Shown one piece after another: positions 49,921 through 64,000 of a stretch of 64,000 nt of DNA. The DNA lies in assembly GCF_009914755.1 (NCBI RefSeq), contig NC_060925.1. The stretch is one strand, 5' to 3'. The notes beneath the pieces are model-generated. The model was not told where the DNA came from. It saw only the letters and a list, made by a program, of their open reading frames with translations, and searched no databases. Position 1 is the first letter of the stretch. Each line of letters begins with the position of its first letter. This DNA is from the human T2T-CHM13v2.0 reference genome, Homo sapiens. A program made the translations under genes and the position numbers.

Positions 49921-51442
49921 TTATTCCATTCTCCCCTTTCACTTCTCTGTGTGCTGGAACTTCATGAGGCTCTATCTGGGAAGCTGGCCAGATGGACATG
50001 CTGTATTTTCTTAGCTTAATGACCTGGGAACAAAGAAGGGAAAGCCTTAGAAAGCCAGGAAGCTGCTGGGACAAGTTTGGCTGGTCCTGCTTTAAAAACA
50101 AAACAAAAAACAAAACAAACAAACAAAAAAACCAAAAACAACAACAGCCACTCAGATTGGGCTGAGCTCTGATGGGCCCAGCTGTGACCTCTGCACGCAG
50201 CAACACCTCCCTTATCACCCTTCTGTCTTAAACCCAAGGGGCCCAGCTGAGCTTGTCACCCAACCTGCTTGTGTCACCTAGCCTGCAGCATGCCCCACCT
50301 ACTGCCCCAACCTGTTTCCTCCCATTCATTCCACCCGCAGCTTCTCCAAACACCTCCCTGCGAGGAGCTGCCTCCCAGTTCCACTCACACTCACAGATCA
50401 AAGGAGGCCTGCTTTGATCTGAACTAGCACTGGGTACAGGCAACTGAAACACCCACCCCACGTGCACACACACACACACACACACCCTTTGAGGGTTCTA
50501 TCACAGGAATTGCTATGAAGGCAGTTTGATTCCGTTCAAATTCTAGCTCCACTCCTAACTAGCTTTGTGAGTGAGGACAAGTCTACTGTGCTCCCAGGGC
50601 TTTAATTTCCTCATCTGTAAGGAGGGAAATAATGCTGCCTTTGGGGTTATTGTGAGGATTAAAAGAGATTGTATTTGCAGAGAATCCAGCAGTGCACCCG
50701 CCACCCAAGGGTGCTAAATAATGGTCAGTAGCCTCACACACCCCCACCTCTTGAGAGTCCACCATGTGCCAAACACTGTTAATGGTGCTGGTGAGCAGTC
50801 AGCCCCATGGTGGGTGGGGGCGGGGGCAACCCTTTTAATGGACAGCATCTAGATGAAGGGCTGCAATGCAGAATGGCTACTGGAATTCAGCCTCTGGGTG
50901 GCAAGCAAATAGAGGAGACAATGTGGGTGATGGGGTTGGGGGGACCCTGGAAGCTATCTTAACTTCTTGCTGAGAAATGAGTGACATTTATCAAGGAGAA
51001 ATTGTCAGTTGGTGTTCTAAAAAGACTTGAGGCTCATTTGCAAAACCCATGGAGAGAGGGAGGGTTTGGGGATCAGGTAACCCTGGGTTCAACTCTCAGT
51101 TCCATAGAAAAAATCTGGAAGGATACACACTTCTCTGCATAGGACTCGCTTTTCTCCCCAGACCTTTCATCAACATCCTGTTGGCAATGGGTGTCACAAT
51201 AGGCTGCCACCTCTGGGCTCCCTGCCCCTCTGGCACCTGTGGGCAGTGAGGGTGAATGGCTGTTCACCTGTGAGTGGCTGCATTTTGAGGGTTTCGTCTC
51301 TAGAGGTGCTTTTGTGCTGTGTCTGTGCTCACTGGCACTGCACCACATACTTTTGCTGTGCTATAAGCTATAAAACTTCTGACCTCATAGGTAGCTGAGC
51401 TAGGTGAGCTCTGCGAGAGGAAGGCTGACATTTCCAAATGTC

Positions 51443-51738
<296 letters not shown>

Positions 51739-52021
51739 CCCAAATGTCTTTTTAAAACACTGTGTAACAGTCAACACTTTCAAATGTCTTTGAAACAACA
51801 ACAAAAAAAGGAAAACCAGAGCAGCCTGTGCTGCTGTAAAGCTCCAGGCAAAGTCAGGGAGGCTAAGCTGCCTTTCCCCACACTTGCCTGGCTTCCATAC
51901 TCTGCTCCCCACTCTCCTCATGCCCAAGTTCCACATTTAAATCACATATTTATACTGCAGAATGAAGATGGGCAAAATTTTTAAAATTACATATTTAAAT
52001 ATTCAGTTTTTCATAAAATAG

Positions 52022-52408
<387 letters not shown>

Positions 52409-53422
52409 GATAAATGCATTTTAAAATTACACAAGTGTTTTTTAAAACATGGCACTAGAGTCCTTTTGCACCAAATTTTGTGTGTGTATGGGTATGTGTC
52501 TAATCCCACTTCCTCACTTACCCGTGACCCAGAACAAGGTGCTTAATTCCCTGAGCCTCACCCTTAACACCCACTGGACATTCCTTCAATAAGAATCCAC
52601 TGGGCATCTTCTAGATCAGGCATTCTTCTAGGCCCTGGGTATGGAGTGACAAAATGAATGAGACTTAACCAGGTATGTGGGGAAGCCAGACAATAAATCA
52701 TGAATCTCCCATCATTTTAAACATTCAGAAGAAAAAGAAAGCAAAGTAAAGGCAGAGTGACCTGCCTTTCAAGCTGCTGTGTGGATAGTGCTACATGCAA
52801 TGCCTGTTTACTCCTCTGGTCTCCTTGGCTTACCTCATCATCCCCCACAGTTCCCTGACCACAGGTGGAACACCCCACCCACACTCCCTACACTATTATG
52901 TATTTTTCCTTTTTATCTTTTTCAGCAGAAACCCAGGATAGGAACGGCAGGGGACACGGGGAGTGGGAATGGGAGAGGACCTCAGGGATACTTTGTTTTT
53001 TGAGACAGGGTCTTGCTCTGTTGCCCAGGCTGGGGCACAGTGGCACATCTAGCACCCCAGCCCCTCTGGTTCTTGATCACCTTGCTTCTAGTGGGCTTGT
53101 CCTTCATCTCACCTCAGCCACTCACTCTCGCAGCCATGCCTTAGGTATGTTATTACCAAGAACTCCATAATCTCAATTTCATGCCTCCCACTCTGACCAT
53201 GGCCTCCCATCTTCCCAGTTTACTCCCTCTGGGACACCAGCTCCAATAATTCTTCAGTCCCTCAAGACTTACCCACCTTCCCCTTTTCCTTCACCTCCCC
53301 ACTTTCCTTCTCATCCAGTTTAGATGATCTAATCATCATTATAATCACTCATCTCCACACATCCTCAATTCCCTTGACCCCTCTTCCTTCACTCTGCTCT
53401 TCTGGAAAAACACCAGCTTTGA

Positions 53423-54555
<1,133 letters not shown>

Positions 54556-55187
54556 AGCCTTGCTTTAAATCATAGTCAACTAATGTCAAAAATCCTTCAC
54601 TTAGAAACTAGAGTCCATCTTCTCTTATCTACCCAAGATCTTACTCCAGCAGTTGTCCTTTCTTTCTCCTTCATCATCAAATTTTCACCCTCTATCAGAT
54701 CACTCTCATTATCCTACAGATACGTTATTTCTCCTATCTGAAAAATAGCCCTCTCCTAATCTCACATCCCCTACCGGCTACTGCCCCATTTCTCGCTCCA
54801 CTGTCTTCAGTTCGTATCTTCCTGTTCTCTCCAAGCCCCACTTCAATCAGGCTTTTCCCTTCATATCTCCACAAAACGGGCCTTCTCAAGGTCACCAATT
54901 ACTTGCCAAATACTCAGCTTTCCGTTTCTGTCTGACTTCATCTCAGAATGTTTAAACCCAGTCAATTGTTCATTCGTTGGGACACTGCCCTCCCCTCTCC
55001 TGGCTTGCCTCCTACCTCACTGGCTGCCCCCTTCGTGGTGTCCTTTGCTGGCTCCTCTTCATTTTCCTGACCCCCAAACATTGGAGTGTTCCGGGGTTCT
55101 TTCTTTGGATTTCCTATCTTCTCAAGAGCCCATGTTGGTGGCTGTGAATTCAAAATAAGGCCAATTTCAACCAGGTTTATGGCTTTA

Positions 55188-55500
<313 letters not shown>

Positions 55501-58266
55501 AGTACCCCCTCTAGCTGACGACTCCTAAATTGGCCTTTCCAGCCAGATCGTTCCCCTGAATTCTAGGTTTGAACATCCAAATGTCTATTTAATATCTCCC
55601 CTGGCATGTTCAATAGTCATCTCAAATCTATCATATTGAAGACAGAACTCCCGGTCTTTCTCCCCAAAATCCACTTTTCCTGTAGTCTCCCCATCTCTGT
55701 AAGTAACGAATCCATCCTTCCAACTGTTTGGGCCAAAAAGCTTAGAGTCATCTCTGCCTCCTTAGTTTCTTTCATATGCACATCTAATCTGTCAGGAAAC
55801 CCTGACAATTCTCCGAGTGCATCTTGAATCTGGCGACTTCTCGCCATCTACACCACTGGGACTAGTCTGAACCTGACCTTGCCCTTGCCCACCTTCATTC
55901 TGCCCTCAACAATGCAGTCAGAGGATCCACTTCAAACGTGTCAGATTAGGTCATTACTCATTTCAAAGCCCTTGAATGGCAGCTCAAAAGTCTCCATCTC
56001 TTTCAGAATAAAAGCCAGCGTGCAAACGCTCTAGTGTTTCTTTGATCCTACCTTTATCTCCCACTCTGTTTCAGCCACACTGGCCTCCTTGTTCCTGATC
56101 ATGGACTTCTGCAGGGCTCTTCACCTGGCATGTGCTTCCCCAGATGTGTGGCTTGCCCTTTCTCTTCTTTCAGGCCTTTGCTCAAATAGCACATCATCAG
56201 TGATGCTTTCTTTGCTCATCCTTATAAAATGGGAACCACTTCCCCTCCCAGCTTTATTTTTCTCCTTAGCACTTCTCGCTGTCTGACTTACTATAAATTT
56301 TGCCCACCTCTCCCTTCCAGAATGTAACTGCCACAAGGGTAGGGCCTGTATGTGGTTCACTGGAGTATCCTCAATGCCTAGAGTGATGCCTAGCCCACAG
56401 CAGGCATTCAACACTATTTATTGCATTAACTCAGGGGCTAGGTATGGAGGTCACAGGTGTGAGGTGAGGCTGAGAGGCGGGCAGGAGCCAGACCGGCAGG
56501 CCTCGTAGGTCTTGCTAAAGATCTGGAGGAGGTTGAAATGATCATGGCTGTGTTTGGGAAAGTCCCCTGGGCTCCAGGAGAGAGAATACTTTCTAGAAAG
56601 GTGATTCTTGACTTTGTGGGGTTTTGCGTGGGCAGGTCTGAAGATTTGTTTTCTGGAAAGGCAGCTTCTACTTAGAAGGGGTAGGGGGAAGAGCTCTGGG
56701 ACTAAGGAGGTCTCTGCATTTTGACAAGACTACCACATGGGGCTGTAATTATGGGTAATCAGCCCTGTGCTTCTGAGTCAGCAGCTCAATCAAACCCTTT
56801 AAGGTGACAGGTTGCAGCACCGCCTCCTCCCTCCAAGCCTCCGCACTGGGAGCCTGCTCCGCCCTGCTGAGGGCTCACTTCTCAAGAGCATCAGGATATG
56901 CCAGATGCAGCATTCTCCCACCTCCCTGCCACCCACTCTCATCCCTCCCTTTCCTCCTGCACTCCTCAGTCTGAAGAGACTTTAGTGGAGATCAAGTCCA
57001 AGGGGCAAGAGGCCAGCTGAGCTTCTCAGTCTAACAGACAGTGGGGGAGGAGCCACCTAGGCACAGGAAGAGATAGGCGCTGAGCAGATAGCAGGCGTCA
57101 CATGCAGACCCTCTCAGGGTGGGGCCACTGGGAGCCACAGGGCACAACCTGGGGGCAGCTTTCAGTGAAAAGCTGCCTCTCCCCAACATTCCAGCTATCC
57201 AAACAACTAGACTCTTTATTCAGCGTCTCCTAGGCCTACTGGGCTCCTCAGACTAAATTTGCCTTCTGCACATTCCCTGAGGGTTTTAATAACCTACCAG
57301 TAAGAACAACAAGTCCATTTCTACTAACCTAATAAGTCAAGCCAAGGTGGAAATACCTTTCAAGGGCCTCTCCCTTCCCAACTCAGCTGGACTTTCATTG
57401 CAGAAGGAAGCAAAGTTAAATTTGGGTTTGCTGTCAAGATGCACTTAACTATTTAGTTTTGCCAAGGAAGGGGGTGGGGGGATCACAGCTGGCAAGGCAG
57501 AATGTTCCATTCCCAGGCACTCAGGGGTTCAGAATTCTTTCCTACCATCTCACGTGCTGGCTTGTAGGATTCCTGCCAGCTGCTGACCTCCCGGGACCTG
57601 CTCCGGAGGCCTTGCCAGGCACGTACCACCTCATGAGACTGCAGGTCCTTGAGGAGGACACCAGGGCCTGCTTGGGCTTGCTCTGTCACCAACTACAGTT
57701 TACAGGGTAATCCCACATGGGGCATCCTCCAAGTACAGGGATACCGGTAACAAAGGAGACCAGATAGGAGGGAGCTCCCAGAAGCTCACAGTCCAGACAG
57801 GATCATCAGCGGTTCAGACAGAAGCCAGTCTCTCTCTGGCCCCTCCATCTCCACTCCCAGCCCAGCAGTTATGTCCATCCAGCCTTTCCATTCTCTCCTG
57901 GCCCAAGAAAAGTTTCTCTTTTCCCAGTTCCTACTCATGAAAACCTAAATATAGTGAACTTGATTCATTGGCTGATAGATTCACCTGTAGGGAGAAAAAT
58001 TTTTGTTCATTTTTGGGGAATGGAAAGAAGGGGAAGACAGGGCAGAAACAGCATTTTGAGTTCCTTCTATCCTATGTTAGTTATCCTGGTGTTTGGAAGG
58101 TACCCCAATACCTGAGCTTGCAACTGGAAGGACTTGGGTTTGAATCCCAACTTGCCTTGTGTTGACTGTTTAGCTCTGGGCAAGCTGTTTAGCATCCCCA
58201 GGCCTCTGTAGCTAGAACTGTAAAGCGGGGACAAGGATTCCTTCCTTCAAGGGCTTCTGCAAAGAC

Positions 58267-59542
58267 TAAGGTGACTGCAAAAGTAATTGCGGTGTTCTTA
58301 TTATTGGAATTTGCTGTTTGATTTTGGAATACATTCTTATATAAATGTGGTTATGTTATACATCCTTTTAATGGGAATTTCTTGCTTTTTTTTTGCTAAT
58401 GACATATTACTTGCTGTTTATTTTGTGTTTATTTTAGACTATGGAAATGATATTAGACAAAAAGCAAATTTGAGTAATTTTCTTATTCGAATTCAAAATA
58501 AGTCATAGAGCAACGGAGACAACTCACAACATCAACAACACATTTGGCCCAGGAGCTGCTAACGAACGAATGTACAATGCAGTGGTGGTTCAAGAAGTTT
58601 CACAAAGGAGACGAGAAGCTTGAAGATGAGAAAGTAGGGGCTGGCCTTCAGAAGCTGACAATGACCAATTAAGAGCAATCATCGAAGCTGATCCTCTTAC
58701 AACTACACGAGAAGTTGCCCAAGAACTCAACTTCGATCATTCTACAGTCGTTTGGCATTTGAAGCAAATTGGAAAGGTGAAAAAGCTTGATAAGTGGGTG
58801 CCTCATGAGCTGAGCGAAAATAAAAAAATCGTCATTTTGAAGCGTCATCTTCTCTTATTCTGTGCAACAACAAGGAACTGTTTCTCGATTGGATTGTGAT
58901 GTGTGAGGAAAAGTGGATTTTATACAACTGGTGACGACTGGCTCAGTGGGTGGACTGAGAAGAAGCTCCAAAACACTTCCCAAAGACAAACTTGTGCCAA
59001 AAAAAGGTCATGGATTTTTAGTGGTCTGCTGCTGGTCTGACCCACTATAGCTTTTGAATCCCAGTGAAACCATCACATCTGAGAAGTATGCTCAGCACAT
59101 CGATGAGATACACCGAAAACTGCAATGCCTGCAGCCAGCATTGGTCAACAGAAAGGGCCCAATTCTTTCACAACAATGCCCGATCGCACGTCGCACAACC
59201 AACTCCTCAAAAGTTGAACAAATAGGGCTATGAAGTTTTGCCTCATCCACCAGATTCACCTGACTTCTTGCTAACCGACTACTACTTCTTCAAGCATCTT
59301 GACAACTTTTTGCAGGGAAAATGCTTCCACAACCAGTAGGATGCAGAAAATGCTTTCTGAGAAGTCCGTCGAATCCTGAAGCATGGATTTTTATGCTACA
59401 AGAATAAACAAACTTATTTCTTGTTAGCAAAAATGTGTTGCTTCTAATGGTTTCTATTTTGATTAATAAAGATGTGTTTGAGCCTAGTTATGATTTAAAA
59501 TTCACGGCCCAAATTCACAATTTACTTTTGCACCAACCTTAA
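58267..59542 (+). mobile_element. Hsmar1 (HSMAR1) mariner transposon, near full length
   Basis: Left TIR TAAGGTGACTGCAAAAGTAATTGCGG, right TIR TTACTTTTGCACCAACCTTAA + TA; ~1.28 kb. Confidence 0.95.
58441..59466 (+). pseudogene. Hsmar1 transposase pseudogene
   Basis: MEMILDKKQI* start, WVPHEL (58795-58812), SPDFLLTDYYFFKHLDNFLQGK, ends ...YFD*; stop at codon 11 plus frameshifts. Confidence 0.93.
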
Positions 59543-59622
59543 TAAATAAGATGCAGGCAAACTTAACCCTTACAATCTCAGTAGTAAACTGTTAACAGTA
59601 CAAAATTCCTTTCCCTTCCTCA

Positions 59623-59904
<282 letters not shown>

Positions 59905-60444
59905 TCATATTATGCCAACAGAGGAAATGTCTAAGAGATGTTGCAAGCCTGAAAGCTGAGCCCTGGCGGAAGGGTGAGTCTCCAGCGATGTCTAGGAATT
60001 TGGAGTTTGTCGAGGTGGGTCTTCACTCTTGGTAACCCTTGGGCCATTCAGCTTGGTTACTTGCAACCCTAGTTACAAGCAGGTTAGACCTCTCTATGCC
60101 AACAAGTTTGTGCCCATTCCTCTGCTAGATATCATAGGAGGATTTAAAAAGGAGTCCCAAACAGTCCCAGGCTGGCTGGCCCCCAGGCCGGGCAAACCAG
60201 ACCGGCCGATCACTTTAGTTCTCATATTCACAGAATTTACAATCTTACTGGAAAACAAGACTGACACTCGTTGCTCAGAGAGGACCACTGAATGGGGCTT
60301 CTGGAAAAGGAACTAATACTTAAGTGCTGTTTACAAATCTTGGGCTGAGTGCCATTTCAGGATGACCCACTGAACACAAGCTACAGCTTTCTCTTTTGGC
60401 TCAAGTCCTTCAAATCACAGTAGGGAGAAACACATTTTTAGTGT

Positions 60445-62360
60445 CAGAATTTATTGAGGCATAACTTACCTATAAAAATTCACTCCTTTTATAAGCTTAT
60501 GGCTTTTGACAAACGCATACAGTTATATAATCCCCATAATAGAGATAAAACATTTCCATCACACCCGCAAGTTCTCTCCTGTCCCTTTGCAGTCAATTCC
60601 CTCCCCGCAGCTCCCAGCCACTGGCAACCACAAATCTGATTTCTGTCCTTACAGTTTTGCCTTTTCCAAAATGCCGTTTGGCAGGATTTATATAAGGGAA
60701 CTTTTTGAGTCTGGCTTCTTTTACTTAGCATAATGCTTTTGAGATTCACCTATGTTGTGTATATCTGAAGCTTTTTTTTTTTCTAAGTTGTGTTCCATTG
60801 TATCAAAGTGTGATGATTGTTGCCAGGTGCAGTGGCTCACTCCTATAATCCCAGCATTTTGGGAGGCTGAGGTAGGAGGATCACCTTGAGGCTAGGAGTT
60901 GGAGGCCAGCCTGGGCAACATAGACTTCCTCTCTACAAAAATAAAAGTATGTATATATATACATATTTTTTTAAAGTTGTCATGATTTGTTTATCCATTC
61001 ACCAATTGATGGGCATGGGGATTGTTTCTAGTTTCTGGTGATTATAAATACAATAACTACAAATATTCACAAACAGATCTTTGTGTGGACATAAGTTTTC
61101 ATTTCTCCTGTGTAAATGCCTAAGAGCAGGATTGCTGGTTTATAAGGTAAGCATATATTGAACTTTGTTAAAAATTGCCAAATTTATTTTCAAAGAGGCT
61201 GTACAATTTTGCGTTCTCATCAGTAATGAATGAGAGTTCCAGTTGCCCTAGCTCCTCACCAGCACCTTTTAATTTTGGTCATTCCAGTGGATGGGTAGTG
61301 GTATCTCATTCTGGTTTTAATTTGCATTTCCCTAAAGCTAATGATGGCCAGGTGCATTGGTACATGCCTGTAATCCCAGCATTTTGGGAAGCAAAGGCAG
61401 GAAGATCGCTTGAGCCTGGGAGTTTCAGACCAGCCTGGGCAACATAGGGAGACCCCATCTCTACAAAAAAATTAAAATGGAAGAATTGGCTGGGACCACA
61501 AGCATGCATGGTGGTGCACACCTATGGTCCCAGTTACTTGGGGTCCCAGGCTAAGGTGGGAGGATTGCTTGAGCCTGGAAGGTCAAGGCTTCAGTAGGTT
61601 GTGATTGCACCACTGCACTCTAGCCTGGGTGACAGAGTGAGACTCTGGGTGGGGGGGAAATAAAGAAGAATGATGTTGAACAGCTTTTCATGTGCTTATT
61701 TGTCATGCATACCCTTTATTTGAGGAAGAGTCTGTTTAAATATTTTCCTCACTTAAAAAAATGAATTATTTAAGGCTAGATGTGGTGGCTCAAGCCTGTA
61801 ATCTCAGCTCTTTGTGAGGCCGAGCCAAGGCAGAAGGATGGCTTGAGACCAGGAGTTCAAGACCAGCCTGGGCAACATAGTGAGATCCCATCTCTCCAAA
61901 AATTTAAAAATTAGCCAGGCATGGTGGCTCATGCCTGTGGTCTCAGCTACTTGGGAGGCTGAGGCAGGAGCCTTGAACTCAGAGGTTCAAGGCTGCAGTG
62001 AACTCTGATCATGCCACTGTATTCCACCCTGGGCAACAGGGCGAGATCCTGTCTCTTAAAAGAAAAGAAATTGAATCTTTGGTTCTAGTTATTATATTTG
62101 AAGAGTTTTTTTTAACATATTCTTCCAAGTCCTTTATCAGATATGTGTTTTGCAAATATCTCTTCCTAGTGTATAGATTATCTTTTCATTTTCTTGACAA
62201 GTGTCTTCTGAAGAACAGATCTGCATTTTAATGAAGCCAAATTTATCCATTTTTTTCTTTTGTGGTTCATGCTTTTGTAAGAAATCTTTGCTTAATCTAA
62301 GATACTAGAGATACTGTGTTTTCTTGCAAATGTTTCATAGTTTTAGCTTTAGCATTTGAA
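60445..62360 (-). mobile_element. Old L1M (L1MB-ME class) 3' region with inserted FLAM (60822-60945) and AluJs (61346-61645, 61774-62070)
   Basis: TTTATTGAGGCATAA...; CCATTCACCAATTGATGGGCAT; TTTTAATTTGCATTTCCCT; ATCAGATATGTGTTTTGCAAATAT. Confidence 0.8.
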
Positions 62361-62609
62361 AATACAACTCAAAAATAAAATAAATCTGCAATCAAGCTCA
62401 AAACAAAAGAGAAACCCCTACTGGGTCAGAAATTGTATGAGATCCCTGAAGGGCAGAAAGCATATGGGATTGGAAAGAAGGTTACTGTTCTCACAAGAAG
62501 GTGGGATCAAAAAGGCTCCACCCTGGAGGAAGTAGAGTAGGTAGAGTGTGAGAGAGCCGGGGGCTTGAACCTCCACAGACCCTCTCAGCTACTCCTCCCT
62601 CTCTGCTCA

Positions 62610-63340
<731 letters not shown>

Positions 63341-63358
63341 CAAGAAGTAGTGAGATGA

Positions 63359-63830
<472 letters not shown>

Positions 63831-63937
63831 AAAAAACAAAAACTTCTAAAACTAAATCTGTGATAAATTGGTAATTACCCTTGGTAATATCAATATGGAT
63901 GAAATGAAAAGACACCTGTGTTCATGGACTGGAAGAT

Positions 63938-64000
63938 GTGTTTGTTTATTTGTTTGAGACACAGTCTCACTTTGTCGCCCGAGCTGTAGTGCAGTGGGGC
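63938..64000 (-). mobile_element. Alu 3' end at the window edge
   Basis: TTTGAGACACAGTCTCACTTTGTCGCCC. Confidence 0.8.

Noticed and set aside
50809-50943. G-rich runs as G-quadruplex candidates
   Set aside because: Each cluster has only three separable G3+ tracts.
58441-59466. SETMAR exon 3 or an active transposase
   Set aside because: Early stop, frameshifts, mutated catalytic residues and no SET-domain exons: a dead Hsmar1 copy.
59965-60080. Strong donor AGG|GTGAGT and X-box-like GTTACTTGCAAC
   Set aside because: Isolated short motifs with no supporting acceptor or exon context; expected by chance.

Overview
Primate (human-like, catarrhine) non-coding genomic DNA, either intergenic or intronic. 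I find no supportable protein-coding exon, tRNA, rRNA or CRISPR array. The long ORFs in the track are Alu, VNTR, microsatellite or GC-rich artefacts. The window holds about 50 Alu/FLAM elements, many MIR/L2/L1 relics and solo LTRs (MLT1A0, MLT1E/J/K-like, LTR16/33-like, LTR47, MER41B, LTR7, THE1). DNA-transposon relics include MER82, MADE1, MER5A, MER53, MER2 and a near full-length Hsmar1 mariner with a dead transposase. Non-repeat highlights: an orphan CpG island (~23.2-23.9 kb) with HNF1, AP-1 and CTCF motifs, plus an oppositely oriented CTCF motif 1.4 kb upstream; a K50-homeodomain (TAATC) motif cluster beside a Z-DNA tract (~2.2-2.7 kb); and a convergent MER41B / MYC-like G4 / LTR7 module (33.4-37.0 kb). 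The most unusual recurring pattern is several short locally templated insertions. Three are 20-64 bp copies from 0.7-1.2 kb away, and there are also inverted and tandem ones, all visible because they interrupt repeats of known consensus. Repeat family names come from my recollection of consensus sequences, not from a search. Boundaries of old repeats are approximate.
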